Shown here: one piece after another, positions 26,872-41,389 of the stretch
How the letters are laid out: each line of letters begins with the position of its first letter
How positions within the stretch are numbered: the stretch's first letter is position 1
From: Octopus vulgaris
Taxonomy: Eukaryota
DNA length: 64,000 bases
Assembly (NCBI GenBank): GCA_951406725.2
Contig: OX597825.1
Span: 72,230,001 to 72,294,000 of the forward strand
Reading direction: 5' to 3'
Made by a program: the position numbers and the translations under genes
Notes under the pieces: model-generated
What the model saw: the letters and a program-made list of their open reading frames with translations, nothing else
Told to the model about the DNA's origin: nothing
Databases searched by the model: none

Positions 26872-26944
<73 letters not shown>

Positions 26945-27211
26945 GGGTATCTTTCAGCTTTTGTCCACCAACTCTACTCGAGGCTATAATGGAAGACGCT
27001 TGCTCAAGGTACCATGCAGTAGGACTGAACCCGGAACCATGTAGTTGGGAAGCAAACTTCTTGGCACACATCTCCATGTCTATATAGAGATTCTAAATAC
27101 TACTTTTTCAACTTTCACTAAGTGGACAACAAAACTCCTTCTCTGTACTTTACATACTCGTACCTAACGCTCGCGCGCATGAAAAAAAACACACATACAC
27201 AGGCACATACG

Positions 27212-27284
<73 letters not shown>

Positions 27285-27777
27285 TACATCTGCTACCAAG
27301 GCGACGAATATGTGAGGAAGGATTTGGGTGGCATCTGAAATTATAGCGACTCGGATGAAGTTGATTGCATCTTCTAAATCTGAACGTGATTTCAAAGTAT
27401 CTGGAGCGTAATGTGAAATAGCTCGAACCAGCATAATTTGGGGGAAAATCACAGATGGAGCTGTAAGGCTGTTCACTATACTATACACCTTAAAATATAC
27501 CCACGTGATGCCTGCTATTTCTAATATAAGATACGACCACAGAGAAGATGGATTACCTTTGAGTTTATTTTTTAAACGAAGGAAGGAAGATCATGACTTC
27601 GATAAAATAATGAAAGAAATATTTTCAGAGCGAGAGAGTATTGTTAGACGAATAAAGTATACAAAGGAAAATTAAACATAACATACAAAAAAACATTACA
27701 CAAATTAGAAATTAAATGTGCAAATAGGCACTTGCAGAAAACCGCCCGGAGAGCGGTTTTTGCTACCAGTAATAATA

Positions 27778-27862
<85 letters not shown>

Positions 27863-27865
<3 letters not shown>

Positions 27866-28323
27866 GGGCTACAGCAAATATTCTGCTCAATACCACAGAT
27901 TTGCTTGTCAATTGTTTGACCTTAACCAGTTGATCATGTCCCTTGGTGGCTGACGATATGTGCATCTCTGATCACAAGCAGAAGTAGTGGGGGAGCATCA
28001 TAGCCGTGTGTTGAAAGGAATTCTTGGAGGTTTGGACAATTTACCTTTGGAAACATGGGTGGTTCGTTCAACATATTTAAACAATCCTTATTCAGGGACC
28101 TTTTGAGCGGGATGGGCTACTCAACCAGAAAAAAATTCTAACTGGGCCCCACAAGCGTGGTCATGCGCAATTTATCTTAATATGAGATCACCATGTCGCA
28201 CAAATATGGTTGTGATGCATGTTCCTCGTGTACCTTTATCAGACGGGTAGTCATGATGGGTATATTGGGCTTCGTATATTTTACCCCAGTGTCACTTTGA
28301 TGGCATGAACTGCTCTCTCACTC
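27863..28323. mobile_element. unclassified insert within (TAA)n/(ATT)n tracts
   Basis: Complex non-coding sequence sharply bounded by trinucleotide microsatellites and adjacent to R4/Dong fragments. Confidence 0.4.
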
Positions 28324-28396
<73 letters not shown>

Positions 28397-28860
28397 GATG
28401 TAAATGTTTCCACTGATAAAAATATATGAATAATTGATGTAAGTGTTCCCACTGATAACAATATATCTGCGAAGGAATTTGACAAATTAAGTAAATATAA
28501 GGACCTGGAAATTGAAATACAAAAGATTTGGCGTCGTTATGCAAGAACTGTTCTTGTTTTTGTGGGTGTCCTTAATATGATAAGAAAGGAATGTCAGAAA
28601 CATCTAGATAATATCACTGGAGAATCACGTTTCAGAGAAATCCAAAAGATTGTGCTGACAAGTACTGCCCACATCCTTAGAAAAAAACCCTACCAATTTA
28701 AATGCCTCTGCTGTATTACATGAAGACATCTCACTACTGCCCCTGTCACTCCTTCTCCTCAAACTTTCAGTCATACTGTAATATCTCTTATCCCTCACTC
28801 GCCCTAGGACGCTGGGTGTGTCTCGGCGAGTGATTGTAACAAACATGCAGATTAAAAGTA
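28397..28860 (+). mobile_element. R4/Dong-like LINE 3' end (restriction-like endonuclease)
   Basis: IDVSVPTDNNISAKEFDKLSKYKDLEIEIQKIW...VGVL...EIQKIVLTSTAHILRK; (TAA)n on both sides. Confidence 0.85.
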
Positions 28861-28959
<99 letters not shown>

Positions 28960-29167
28960 CCTTTCAACTAAAGACACAAGGGCCCGAAATTTTGGAGAAG
29001 GGGACTAGTCGATTACATCGACCCTAGTGTTTCACTGGTACTTAATTTATCGACCACGAAAGGACGAAAAGCAAAATTGACATCAGTGGAATTTGAACTC
29101 AGAACGTGAAGACGGACGAAACGCCGCTATTCATTTTGCCCGGTGTTTTAATAATAATAATAATAAT

Positions 29168-30797
29168 GCGATATGCCGCAGGTGTTGTTAGGTGTTGAAC
29201 GAGCTTGAGGCAATGGACAGGAAAACCAGAAAAGGGATGATAATTTACAAGAAACTACACCTCAAAAGTGATACTGACAAGCCGCATGGGCCTAGGAACA
29301 GGGGAGGAAGACGCCTCATAGGATGCAAGATCTGTGTTGTCAACGAGAAGAACAGTCTGAGATGGTACATCAAACAGCAGAGTGAGTCCTTGCTTGCCGC
29401 AATTAGAATTAACAATATAATCCCTACCGAAAATGTGATGCACCTATGGAAGCACTCCGTTGGTTACGACGACGAGGGTTCCGGTTGATCCGAATCAACG
29501 GAACAGCCTGCTCGTGAAATTAACGTGTAAGTGGCTGAGCATTCCACAGACACGTGTACCCTTAACGTAGTTCTCGGGGATATTCAGCGTGACACAGAGA
29601 GTGACAAGGCCGGCCCTTTGAAATACAGGTACAACTGAAACAGGAAGTAAGAGTGAGAGAAAGTTGTGGTGAAGGAGTACAGCAGGGATCACCACCATCC
29701 CCTGCCGGAGCCTCGTGGAGCTTTAGGTGTTTTCGCTCAATAAACACTCACAACGCCCGGTCTGGGAATCGAAACCGCGATCCTATGACCGCGAGTCCGC
29801 TGCTCTAACCACTGGACCATTGCGCCTCCACTAATGCACCTATAAATATTTAAGAAACAAGATGAAGAAGAAAGAGTAAACAATTGGAAAATGAAATCAC
29901 TGCATGGGCAATACCTCAGAGAAATCGAAGGAAAAGACAAGATCAACACTTGAAGATGGCTAAGAAAAAGGTATCTGAAAGGATGCGCTGAGGCATTGAT
30001 ATGCATCGCCCAAGAACTAATTACACCAAGTTCCATATAGATAAGAGCAGCGAATCGACCCTTTGTTGGTTTTATGGTAGCAAAAACGAAATTGACTCAC
30101 ATATTGTGTATAAGTGTAGCAAGCTGGCTCAAAAGCACAACAAAAGGAGGCACGATAACGGGGCTAAGTTCGTCCACTGGAGGCTATGTGATAAGTACGG
30201 CCTGGACAGAGCACGGAAATGGTACGAACTTGAACCAGGAGTCACTGAGAAGAAGGAATGTAAGATATTGTGGGATCTTACAAGCCAATGTGACTCTTTA
30301 ATCTTTAATCGAGGTTCGGTGACCAGATATTGTTGTGGTAGATAAAGGAAAACAGAAAACCAAGATTATAGATATTGCAATAGCTAGAATGCACGCATAA
30401 GTGACAAACAACTAGAAAAGATTGAAAAGTACAGACTATTAAAAGACAAAATTACAAGAATATGGTCTATGAGGAGAGTGATTATCATTCCAGTAGTTAT
30501 AGGGGCACTCGGAGCACTAACAACCAAGTTCGAGAAATATGTCAGAGAAATCAGAATTGACACGAGAGCAGAGCAAGCCTCCAAAACTGCTCTGTTGGGG
30601 ACAGCTAGGAGTTTGAGATTTGTACTTGGATGTTGAATGTCTCCCACGTTAATTAACCACCAGGTATCAAAGCTTATAATGTGCGGAAAGAAACCCTTTG
30701 AGACCTCTGACAGCAGGCTGCTATCCGCTCTCACAGAATATACCAGCGCAAACAAGATCGAGCGCTCTGAGAAGTAAAACAATAAAAATAATAATAA
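29168..30797 (+). mobile_element. R4/Dong-like LINE, 5'-truncated, interrupted by a SINE
   Basis: RYAAGV, DRKTRK, WKMKSLHGQYLRE, AQE, HIVYKCSKLAQ..KRRHD, KILWD, PDIVVVDK, EKIEKY, IPVVIGALG and KTALLGTAR motifs; (TAA)n flanks. Confidence 0.88.
29447..29831 (-). mobile_element. tRNA(Arg)-derived SINE with TSD ATGCACCTAT
   Basis: Near-identical to 2281-2665; nested in the R4/Dong ORF. Confidence 0.92.
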
Positions 30798-31001
30798 TGG
30801 TCCTTTCTACTATAGGCACAAGGCCTAAAATTTTGGGGGAGGCCTACAATTTTTAACATCGACCCCAGTACTCAACTGGTACTTATTTCATCCATCCCAA
30901 ATGGACGTAAGGCAATATCGAGCTTGGTGGAATTTGAACGTAAGGAAGGACGAACGAAAGGTCGCTAAGCCAACGATTCTGCCAGCTCCCCGCCTTTATG
31001 A

Positions 31002-31260
<259 letters not shown>

Positions 31261-31529
31261 TGTAATGTTTAGAATTTCGCCACAAAGCTAGCAAGTTTGG
31301 GGGAGGGGTAAGTCGATTACAATGACCCCCCAGTTCTCAGCTGGGACTTATTTTATCGACTTTGGAAGGATAGAAGGCAAAGTCGACCTCGGCGCAGTTT
31401 TGATCTCAAATCGAAAAGCTCGAAGAAAACTTCTAAGCATTTTGTCCGACATGCCAACGATTCTGCCAACTCACCGCCTTTATTGCTTTTATGATACTGG
31501 TTTCAAAATTTGTCACAATGCCAGCACGT

Positions 31530-32460
31530 TTGAGGTGGGTAGTCGATTAAATTAGCGCCAGTGTTCAACTGGTACTTATTTTATCGACCATGAAAGAATG
31601 AAAGGCAAAGTCGACCTCGGCGGAATTTAAACTCAAAACGTAAGGAAGGACGGACGAAATACCTATTTCTTTACTACCCACAAGGGGCTAAACACAGAGT
31701 GGACAAACAAGGGCAGATAAACGGATTAAGTCGATTATATCGACCCCAGTGCGTAACTGGTCCTTAATTTATCGATACCGAAAGGACGAAAGGCAAAGTC
31801 AACCTCGGCGGAATTTGAACTCAAAACGTAAGGAAGGACAGACGAAATACCTATTTCTTTACTACTCACAAGGGGCTAAACACAGAGAGGACAAACAAGG
31901 GCAGATAAACGGATTAAGTCGATTATATCGACCCCAGTGCGTAACTGGTCCTTAATTTATCGATATCGAAAGAATGAAAGGCAAAGTCGACCTCGGCGGA
32001 ATTTGAACTCAAAACGTAAGGAAGGACGGACGAAATACCCATTTCTTTACTACCCAGAAGGGGCTAAATACAGAGAGGAAAAACAAGGGCAGATAAACGG
32101 ATTAAGTCGATTATATCGACGCCAGTGCGTATCTGGTACTTATTTAATCGATACCGAAAGGACGAAAGGCAAAGTCGACCTCGGCGGAATTTGAACTCAA
32201 AACGTAAGAAAGGACGGACGAAATACCTATTTCTTTACTACCCACAAAGGGTTAAATACAGAGAGGAAAAACAAGGGCAGACAAACGGATTAAGTCGATT
32301 ATATCGACCCCAGTGCGTAACTGGTCCTTAATTTATCGACCTCGAAAGGATGAAAGGCAAAGTCGACACGGCGGAATTTGAACTCAGAACGTAACGGCAG
32401 ACGAAATACCGCTAAGCATTTTTCCGGGCGTGCGATCGATTCTGTTAGCTTGCCGCCTTT
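31530..32460 (-). repeat. tandem array of SINE group A, 188-bp period
   Basis: CGAC(C/G)CCAGTGCGTA recurs at 31741, 31929, 32117 and 32305; the A-box head is present only at the 32400-32458 end. Confidence 0.9.
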
Positions 32461-33599
32461 ATTGTCCTAATAATACTAACCATTATATTTTATAATAATC
32501 AAAACCGCTCCATTTGACAGGCAATGCTTAATTCATCAATAAGACGTTAACTCTGATTCTCCTCTCGTCAGTATGACAATGTCTGTTTCTTGAAACTCTC
32601 CAACTCTATAATACAGTCTGGCAGTTATTGAAACAAATATAATATGAAGTCATCAAACTGAGGTGAGAAAATATGAACTAAAATATAAAAAGCAAATACC
32701 AAAAGCAAAACAAAATAACGCTAAATGAATGTCTAACCGGCAGATGTTTTTGACTAATGACCAATATTCGATGGACGTCTATGATTTTCACAATTTGTAG
32801 ATATTTTTCAATCTAACATACAATATGTTATTTAAATATAACTTGGACAAATGAAGTGTTTCCGAGTATGGAGTGCAAGACTAAATCGATATGAGCTGTA
32901 CTTATGAGGGTGGTGAGTTGTAACTTTAATACACGTTTTCGGAGTGTGGTTATTCTGCTTGACACTAGTCTTGGGTTTAACTGGCTGCGACTAACAATAC
33001 GTTCCATGAGACGCTATCTACGGTTACGGAAACTCAGCCATGGATAATTCGAGTCTCAGTTTTGTGAGACATCAGCTACGGAGTAAACTTCATAATAAAT
33101 CCAGTGTAGAATCTCAAAGGCGGTTTGTCATTTTTCCTAAATTCTAACAACTCCTGTAGCCTAATCGGTACTAGTTATAATGTTCTGTACTCCTTCAGAT
33201 AACACTAGCGATATTGAAAGAGAAATTCTGGTGTCTCGGTCACTCAGGATCACCACAAAGCTAATCCTGGCTTGCTCCCTTGAGAGGTCATTTCCGCTGC
33301 TGACCAGTGGTGCAAAGCTCCATTGTTTCTCGAGACAGAGGGGCAACAGAAATGTACCTACAAAGGTAGGAAGAAGTGTGTTGGTGATTTAATTCAACAC
33401 AGTTCCTTTAATGAGTTATTCTGGGAAATTCATGAAATAGCAAAACTCCATTCGGCCTGGAAAGAAGAGAAGGCAGTTTCCTTTGTCAGACAAAAAAAAT
33501 GAAATAATTTCATTTCCTGCAGAATTTTATTTTATATCATTTGAGTATCATGCTTAATTGTCATTGATATTCACTCATTAATTGTTGTAAGGTAACGTA

Positions 33600-34200
33600 A
33601 TCTGATGTGTCTAGTTTGATTAAGGACATTAGTTCTTATGTCATCATTCCTTGCTGACGTCAGACCAGTTATGAAAATTAAATTCTTAAATTGGTAATCA
33701 ATCATTGTCTGTCTTTTAACGTTTTCGCATGTTTTATTCTTACGCCCATCAGATGAAATCGTCTTCGGGGCGTTTTTGTAATTTCAGACATTTATATCTG
33801 ATGGTAAGCAATGAAGATGTCTCACCAAACATGTTTGTAAGTATGTCCACCATAGTTTTAAAGTCAAATACATTAGGATATTTGAGTAACGCAAAGTTAA
33901 AGTACTTGTTGCACTCAAGGAGTCTTACTTCACTTGAATAATCTAGTTGCGATGCTTCAGTGACAAAAAGATCTTGATAACAGTTACGCCAAGATGCAAA
34001 ATTCGTTTTGTACATCTTATTCAAAGGAAGGAAGCTTGTCGAAAACTTTAGAAATGATGCTGCTTTAACTGCTAATCGATGTAGTTGGATTTGACTGCCT
34101 AATCTTCGAAGTTAATGCTGTTATTTTTGCAATGCTAAGGACTCTTGATGCATGCGCAACAAGTTAATGAGATTTACATTAGTTTGTACATACTCTCGTC
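33600..34200 (-). pseudogene. Ty3/Gypsy gag-like fragment
   Basis: FASW...Y.DLF..EASQLD...VRLL...F..MVDILTNMFGETSSLLTIRYKCLKLQKRPEDDF; a possible integrase remnant lies at 32950-33150. Confidence 0.6.
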
Positions 34201-34206
34201 GCTAAA

Positions 34207-34596
34207 TCTCTCTCTATATGAAGCTGAAGTTGTCTGTGTATAGTAGGTTTGGTAGCCTTCAACTAACACTATCTCCTCCGAGACCCTGCGGCACAAGTTG
34301 ACCAAAATTGAGAGTATGATAGAAGGTTTGTTCTTCCATCCGTAGAAGAAAAAATTCAAATCGAACAATGTTAAGAGCAAAAATTATTTACATCAAAAAG
34401 GTGCATTTTTTTCTATGAAAATCCCTATTTTTTATGATTTTTTTTACTGCTGTGTCGCCATTTTTTGGTGTATTTCAACCAGAAAAATGTTCACTTAAAG
34501 AGAATAACAAGCTACATAATGTAAAATTTTTACGTTCAAAAATTTCAATTCTAAAGGGTCGAAACAAACCAGAGCAACGCCGGGCGATACTGCTAG
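34207..34596 (+). mobile_element. non-autonomous Helitron (second body type)
   Basis: A|TCTCTCTCTATATG...CCAGAGCAACGCCGGG..CTAG|T; inverted copy at 40996-41389. Confidence 0.82.
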
Positions 34597-35199
34597 TTAT
34601 GTTATAAAGTAGGAACGAATAATGATATTATGTTCAAATAATGATTTTATTAATGAACGAAAAATATTGCAATAATTCCAAAACGAAATGTAAAATGGTA
34701 AACTGCAATTCCAATTGTCCACGATCTAAGTAATTAAGACTGTAGTAAAAAAGCGTCCCGTGGTGAAAAAAGAATAAATCCACAAAATGAGTCAATGTAT
34801 AAAAAAAATGTCACCAGACAGAGTCAAAGTGTCACACGATTGGATGAATAGGTTAAGCTACATGGTAAACGATGTGAGAGTAGGAAAACGTGACATGATA
34901 GAATTCTGTCACATGATTGGATGAATAAAAATAGAAAATTAATAAAACAATGTTTTGTGTCGAGACAACCGGCGAAGTTGATCTCGGCAGTGTAATTTTT
35001 TACCTTTTGTTTCAGTCATGCCGGGACACCATCTAGAAGTATAATTGTCGAACAAATAGCCGCCAGTACTTAAGGTTTATTTATTTATTGTAGGTCTGGT
35101 GCCAAACCACTCAGCAACGTGAATGTAAACAAACCAACACCTGTTTGTCAAGTGGTGAGATGGGAGTGACAAATACATACACACATGTAGGTATGTATG

Positions 35200-35251
<52 letters not shown>

Positions 35252-36264
35252 TATTGGTCGGTTTTGGCTTACAGCAGAGACTCTTGCCCAAGATGCTATG
35301 CTGTGGGACAGAACCTGAAACTACGAGCTTCTTAACCACACAGCCATTACTGTGTCCAATTCCGTTTGTTCGCTGCCCTGTAAGTCCGGTACTTATTCGA
35401 TTCTCTGAAACATTAGAAGTACGATGCATCCATTTTTACGTTCTCAATTCAAATTCCACCGAGGTTGACTTTGCCTTTCATCCTTTCGAAGTCGATAGCA
35501 TTATCGACTACCCCCTCCCCTGAAGTCGCTAGCCTAGTGTTAACATTTGAAGTCAATATTTATAATGAATTGTTTTTCACACACGCACACACACAAAGAT
35601 ATTTTCTAATACTATCAGTCGAGTATGTTTTGCAGATTTATTAACCTGGTAATAGAATAAAAGCTTTGATTCCTTTCAGGTATACTTTCAGGAATGCTTA
35701 CATAGCAATATTTATTCATTCGTTTAAAAGATTTCAGTGATTTAATACCAAAACACCGGCTGACAATAAGGTTAGTGTAAGGAAATGGTGTCGCGTTCGT
35801 GCCATTTACAAAGGCCGTGTAGAAGCCAGTTGAAACGAAATAGTTTAATAAAGAATCAAGTCACGGATTTATCTTTTCCTGGGTTGCATTGGATGTGTAC
35901 AGGAACGCCGTACGTCGCTGCTACGCTTTTATTTATTTATTTATTTATTTATTCCTCACACACGAAAAGCGAAGTTTAAACTACGGGATCCCCATGCAGG
36001 GGATAGGCGGGGAAGCGTCGCCTTGAAAGGGTTAGTCGAACAAATCGACCCCGTAACCTAAATATTTGGTTCGTTCTTGATTTTTCTTTTACTCGAAAAG
36101 TTGATATTTATTCTATCGATTTCATTTGCCGAAACCGTTAAGTTAGGTGGACGTCAATGAACCAATACCGGTTTTCAAGCACTTTGAAGGGGCATACACA
36201 ATCACACACAGAAACACGTATATACATACATACATACATACATACATACAAACATACATATGTG

Positions 36265-36307
<43 letters not shown>

Positions 36308-36308
36308 G

Positions 36309-36367
<59 letters not shown>

Positions 36368-36735
36368 TTAATTCTTTATTGCCCACAAGGGGCTAAACAT
36401 AGAAGGGACAAACAAGGACAGACAAATGGATTAATTCGATTACATCAACCCCAGTGCATAACTGGTATTTATTTAATCGACCCCGAAAGGATGAAAGGTA
36501 AAGTCGACCTCGGCGGAATTTGAACTCAGAACGTAATGGCAGACGAAATACCTATTTCTTCACTACCCACAAGGGGATAAACACAGAGAGGACAAACAAG
36601 GACAGACAAATGGATTAAGTCGATTATATCGACCCCAGTGGGAAGTGAACACAGAATTTTGTGGCTTCAAACGAAGTATTTGGGACATTTTGTGAAGCGC
36701 TCTATAATTTCTAACATGCTTAATTTTATCAAACA

Positions 36736-37041
36736 CTAGCAGTATCGCCCGGCGTTGCTCGGATTTGTAAGGGAAATAACTATATAAGCATGTTTAGAGA
36801 GTTACTTCCCTTATATAAAACCGAGCGAAAAATGGATTAAAAATGGGAAAAAATGATGGTAAATTGTTTTTTAAATCGTAGACTCATCGTAGACGCGCAC
36901 TAATACCAAGAAGAGCTTGATATGAATCACGACTATAAGATACCCGTTTTTGGTTAAACTGCACCGCGAAATGTGGGAGTAGTTAGGAATCTAAATCGGA
37001 GGAGACAGACACACACACAACTACAGTTTTATATATAAAGA
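36736..37041 (-). mobile_element. non-autonomous Helitron (third body type)
   Basis: Same CTAG/hairpin end as 5638 but a different interior; A|TCTTTATATA start. Confidence 0.78.
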
Positions 37042-37069
37042 TTTATTGTTATCAAAATTAGAAGTTTAC

Positions 37070-37462
37070 ACTTTTACTCTTTTACTTCTTTCAGTCATTT
37101 GACTGTGGCCATGCTGGAGCACTGCCTTTTACTCGAGCACATCGACACCAGGACTAATTCTTTGTAAGCCTAGTACTTATTCTATCGGTCTCTTTTGCCG
37201 AACTGCTAAGTTACGGGGACATAAACACACCAGCATCGGTTGTCAAGCGATGTTGAGGGGGACAAACACAGACATACAAACATATACACACACATACATA
37301 TATGTGTATATATATATATATATATGACAGGTTTCTTTCAGTTTCCGTCTACCAAATCCACTCACAAGGCTTTGGTCGGCCCGTGGCTATAGTAGAAGAC
37401 ACTTGCCCAAGGAACCATGTGGTTCATAAGCAAGCTACTCACCACACAGCCACTCCTACGCC
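37070..37462 (-). mobile_element. SINE group B
   Basis: Family match with a deletion in the head. Confidence 0.85.
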
Positions 37463-38267
37463 TTGCACGTTATTTAAAGAAAACTACAAATCATTGATTT
37501 GTGTGGATCAAAACTATGCAACTAAACATCTGCACAACCACTCCTGTTTGTGTGTATTGCTTATAATGGATACAGACATCAAACGAAAAACGTGTGAGCT
37601 AAGGAGAGGAAGGAGGTAAAAGGTGTTGCCGATGGCAGAGCCCTATGTAGTCGTTGACAGTGACGATATTGTTTGTAAAGTTGGTCAGTCTGGCTATTAC
37701 AATCGATTAGTATATGTGCATTCTGATATGCAAAACGCCCCCCGTCTAATGGATGGTGTTGAGTTGTGAAACATTTAAACCAAATTTTCTCAAAACAGCT
37801 TGTCCGACCGTCCCATAGGCCTCCCCTTTGAGAAACACTGATTTAACCTAAACTTAAGACATAAAGATAGACTTTTTTTCTATTCCAAAGAAAAACGATT
37901 TTATTCACACAAATATGCAACCGAAGAGTTTAACGTACCAGTAATGATAAGGCTGTTGACTGGGAGAACACAAACATGGTTTAAATAGTAAGCTTGGCAG
38001 GAAAGAAACGTGCCTTTAAGCAGTACAAAAACAAACAAAAAATGGAAGGTGCTGTTATGTACAGGTTGACAAAACGGCTTTATCGATCGCATTCTGACCT
38101 GGAATCGATTTTTGTAATTTTTTCAAGACTTATACATGCCCTGATATCGTTGGTATCTACATATAAAATTAGAGCGCAATCGGATGGAGGATGCCCAAGA
38201 CACACACACACAGCCAACTGATTTTATATAATAGATATTCAGTACAACTATGCATGTAGATACACCT

Positions 38268-39032
38268 ATATGTATGTGTGCATGTATGTATGTATGTATG
38301 TATGTATGTATGTATGTATGTATGTATGTATGTATGTATGTATATAAGTATGTATGTGTGTATGTATGTATGTATGTATGTGTGTATGTATGTATGTATG
38401 TGTGTATGTATGTATGTATGTATGTGTGTATGTATGTATGTATGTATGTATGTATGTATGTGTGTGTATGTATGCATGTGTGTGTATGTATGTATGTATG
38501 TATGTATGTGTGTATGTATGTATGTATGCATGTATGTATGTGTGTGTGCATGTATGTATGTATGTGTGTGTATGTATGTATGTATGTATGTATGTATGTA
38601 TGTATGTATGTATGTGTGTGTGTGTATGTATGTATGTATGTATGTATGTATGTATGTATGTATGTGTGTGTATGTATGTATGTAGGTATGTATATATGTA
38701 TGTATGTATGTAAGTATGTATGTGTGTATGTATGTATGTATGTGTGTAAGTATGTATGTGTGTATGTATGTATGTATGTATGTATGTATGTATGTGTGTA
38801 TGTATGTATGTATGTATGTATGTGTGTATGTATGTATGTGTGTATGTATGTATGTATGTTTGTATGTATGTATGTGTGTATGTATGTATGTATGTGTGTG
38901 TATGTATGTATGTATGTATGTATGTATATGTATGTGTGTATGTATGTATGTGTGTGTGTGTATGTATGTATGTATGTATGTATGTGTGTGTATGTATGTA
39001 TGTGTGTGTATGTATGTATGTATGTATGTATG

Positions 39033-39062
<30 letters not shown>
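38268..39062. repeat. (TATG)n/(TG)n compound microsatellite, ~790 bp
   Basis: Direct reading; explains the 275-aa and 317-aa ORFs. Confidence 0.97.
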
Positions 39063-39064
<2 letters not shown>

Positions 39065-39560
39065 GGGTAATGAATGACCATGAGATTGCTCTTAAAATGT
39101 TTCCCTCCTAGACACAAGTCCGGGCAAGGTTGTTTATGGAAGACCAGCAGTCGCCCATGCATACCAGCCTCTCCTCTCCATGCCATCAATGTTATCCAAG
39201 GGAATGTATACAAATACATATAAATGCATATATGTGTGTGTGTGTGAGTGTGTGCGTGAGAGTGTGTATGTGTGTGTGTGTATTATTGTTTTTCTGTGAA
39301 TATATGCATGTATATACATGTGTCACGGATGTCCATTACTAAGAGGCTGTGTTCGTGTATGTCCTCCCGTCACTGCTTGACAACGGGTGTTGTTTCGTTT
39401 ACGACTTTCATAACATAGCAGTTTATCAAACAGACACCGACAGAATAAGTACTAGACTTTTAAAACAACAGCATAAGACAATACTGGGGTCGATTTATTC
39501 GACTAAACACTTTAAGATGAGGCTCCAGCGTGGCCGCATTCTAAGATAAAAGATTGTTGT

Positions 39561-39786
39561 TTGTTCCTTGTCGAGCCACGCCTGGTGAGCTGCAAGATGC
39601 AGGAGGAAAGAGTGAGAGAAAGTTGTGGCAAAAGAGTCAGCAGAAGTTCGCCATTACCTTCTGCCGGAGCCTCGTGGAGCTTAGGTGTTTCGCTCATAAA
39701 CACACACATCGTCCGGTCTGAGACTCAAACCCGCGAGCCCTCGACCGCGAGTCCGCTGCTTTAACCACTAGGCCATGTGCCTCCAC
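39561..39786 (-). mobile_element. 5' half of tRNA(Arg)-derived SINE variant
   Basis: Similar to 2480-2665. Confidence 0.75.
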
Positions 39787-39810
39787 AAGATAAAGGATAA
39801 TATCTACATA

Positions 39811-39852
<42 letters not shown>

Positions 39853-39980
39853 CATTGTGTACAGTACTCAGGTGCACTACAACTCATGTAAAGTGCATAT
39901 ATAATCAGGTGTAGTTTCGACGGATTTCGGAAAGCATAAGGGCCTTAAAGGATGCAGTGTCATGGCAGTCAACAACTGGG

Positions 39981-40074
<94 letters not shown>

Positions 40075-40995
40075 TGTGTTTGTGTGTGTGTGAATAATAC
40101 ATACGTTAGTGACATCAGTGTTGCACAAACAACCAGGGTGTCCGCAGTTCAGTTTGTACTCTACTACTGGACCTGGTGCCATATCTACGGCAAACCAATT
40201 ATTGTTTTTGTTTTTTAGCCTGAAACAGGCGCTCTGCTCGCAGTACAATGATTAAAAAAATATTCCAAACGCAGCCATCCCGCCAGTTTCTTAAGTTGGA
40301 TGTACCCCAGAGTATATTATATTAATGAACCTTACAAATTTTGAAGACGTAATTCTGAAAATACACTTTGGCTGCTATCTCAAAGAACGTGGGGCTATCA
40401 TGTCATGCTTCTTTATAGAATTATGTCTAAGCATTTAAATGTGAACCACCTAGACCGCTATCTATGGTGTAAAGTAGGTGGTATAATTCACTTTAAGTAA
40501 AGCCAGTACAGTAAGTCAGTCAAAGATAATAATTTTTTTGTACCATAGACCTGAGATTTGTTGGGGAGAGAATAAGTCGCTTACATTGATCCCAGTGCCC
40601 AAATTGTATCTATGTTATCGATCCTGAAAAAATAAAAACAAAGTCAACCTTGGTGGAATTATATACTAACCATATTTCGACAAATATTTTATTCAACGTG
40701 CTTAACGGTTCTGTCTGTTCGACGCCGACTTCAACTAAATCATTCTTAATTTTAACAAATCGAACGTCGCAGCAAATTATTCAAGGGACAGAACTCTATA
40801 ACAATAAGGAGTTACTGGACTTGTTCGTATAAACTAGGGTGTTTAAAGATCAGCTGCAAAGTTTGAATGTTATTTACTTGGTAGGTGTTAAACAGGGGAA
40901 GCAACAAAGTAAAGAAAAGAAAGAAATGATTGGAACGTAAAAGCTGTCGTCGCTGACAACACTTCGGATAGAAACAATGTAAATTTATTGATTTA

Positions 40996-41389
40996 CTAGC
41001 AGTATCACTCGGCGTTGCTCGGGTTTGTTTCGACCCTTTAGAATTGAATTTTGGAAAAGTAAAAATTTTGCATTATGTAGCTTGTTATTCTCTTTAAGTG
41101 AACATTTTTTCTGGTTGAAATACACCGAAAAATGGCAACACGGCAGTGAAAAAAAATCATAAAAAATAGGGATTTTCATAGAAAAAAAGCACCTTTTTGA
41201 TGTAAATAATTTTTGGTGTTAACATTGTCCGATTTGAATTTTTTCTTCTACGGAGGGAAGAGCAAGCCTTCTTCTATCATACTCTCACTTTTGGTCAACT
41301 TGCTCCGCAGAGTCTCGGAGGAGATAGTGTTAGTTGAAGGCTACCAAACCTGCCATACACAGACAACTTTAGCTTTGTATATATAGAGA
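40996..41389 (-). mobile_element. non-autonomous Helitron
   Basis: Reverse complement of 34207-34596. Confidence 0.82.

Noticed and set aside
31530-32460. CRISPR-like regular array
   Set aside because: The whole 188-bp unit repeats with no unique spacers; it is a SINE tandem.
38250-39219. Long ORFs (275 and 317 aa) and the many YI/CV/HT/poly-N ORFs
   Set aside because: Translations of microsatellites with no coding complexity.
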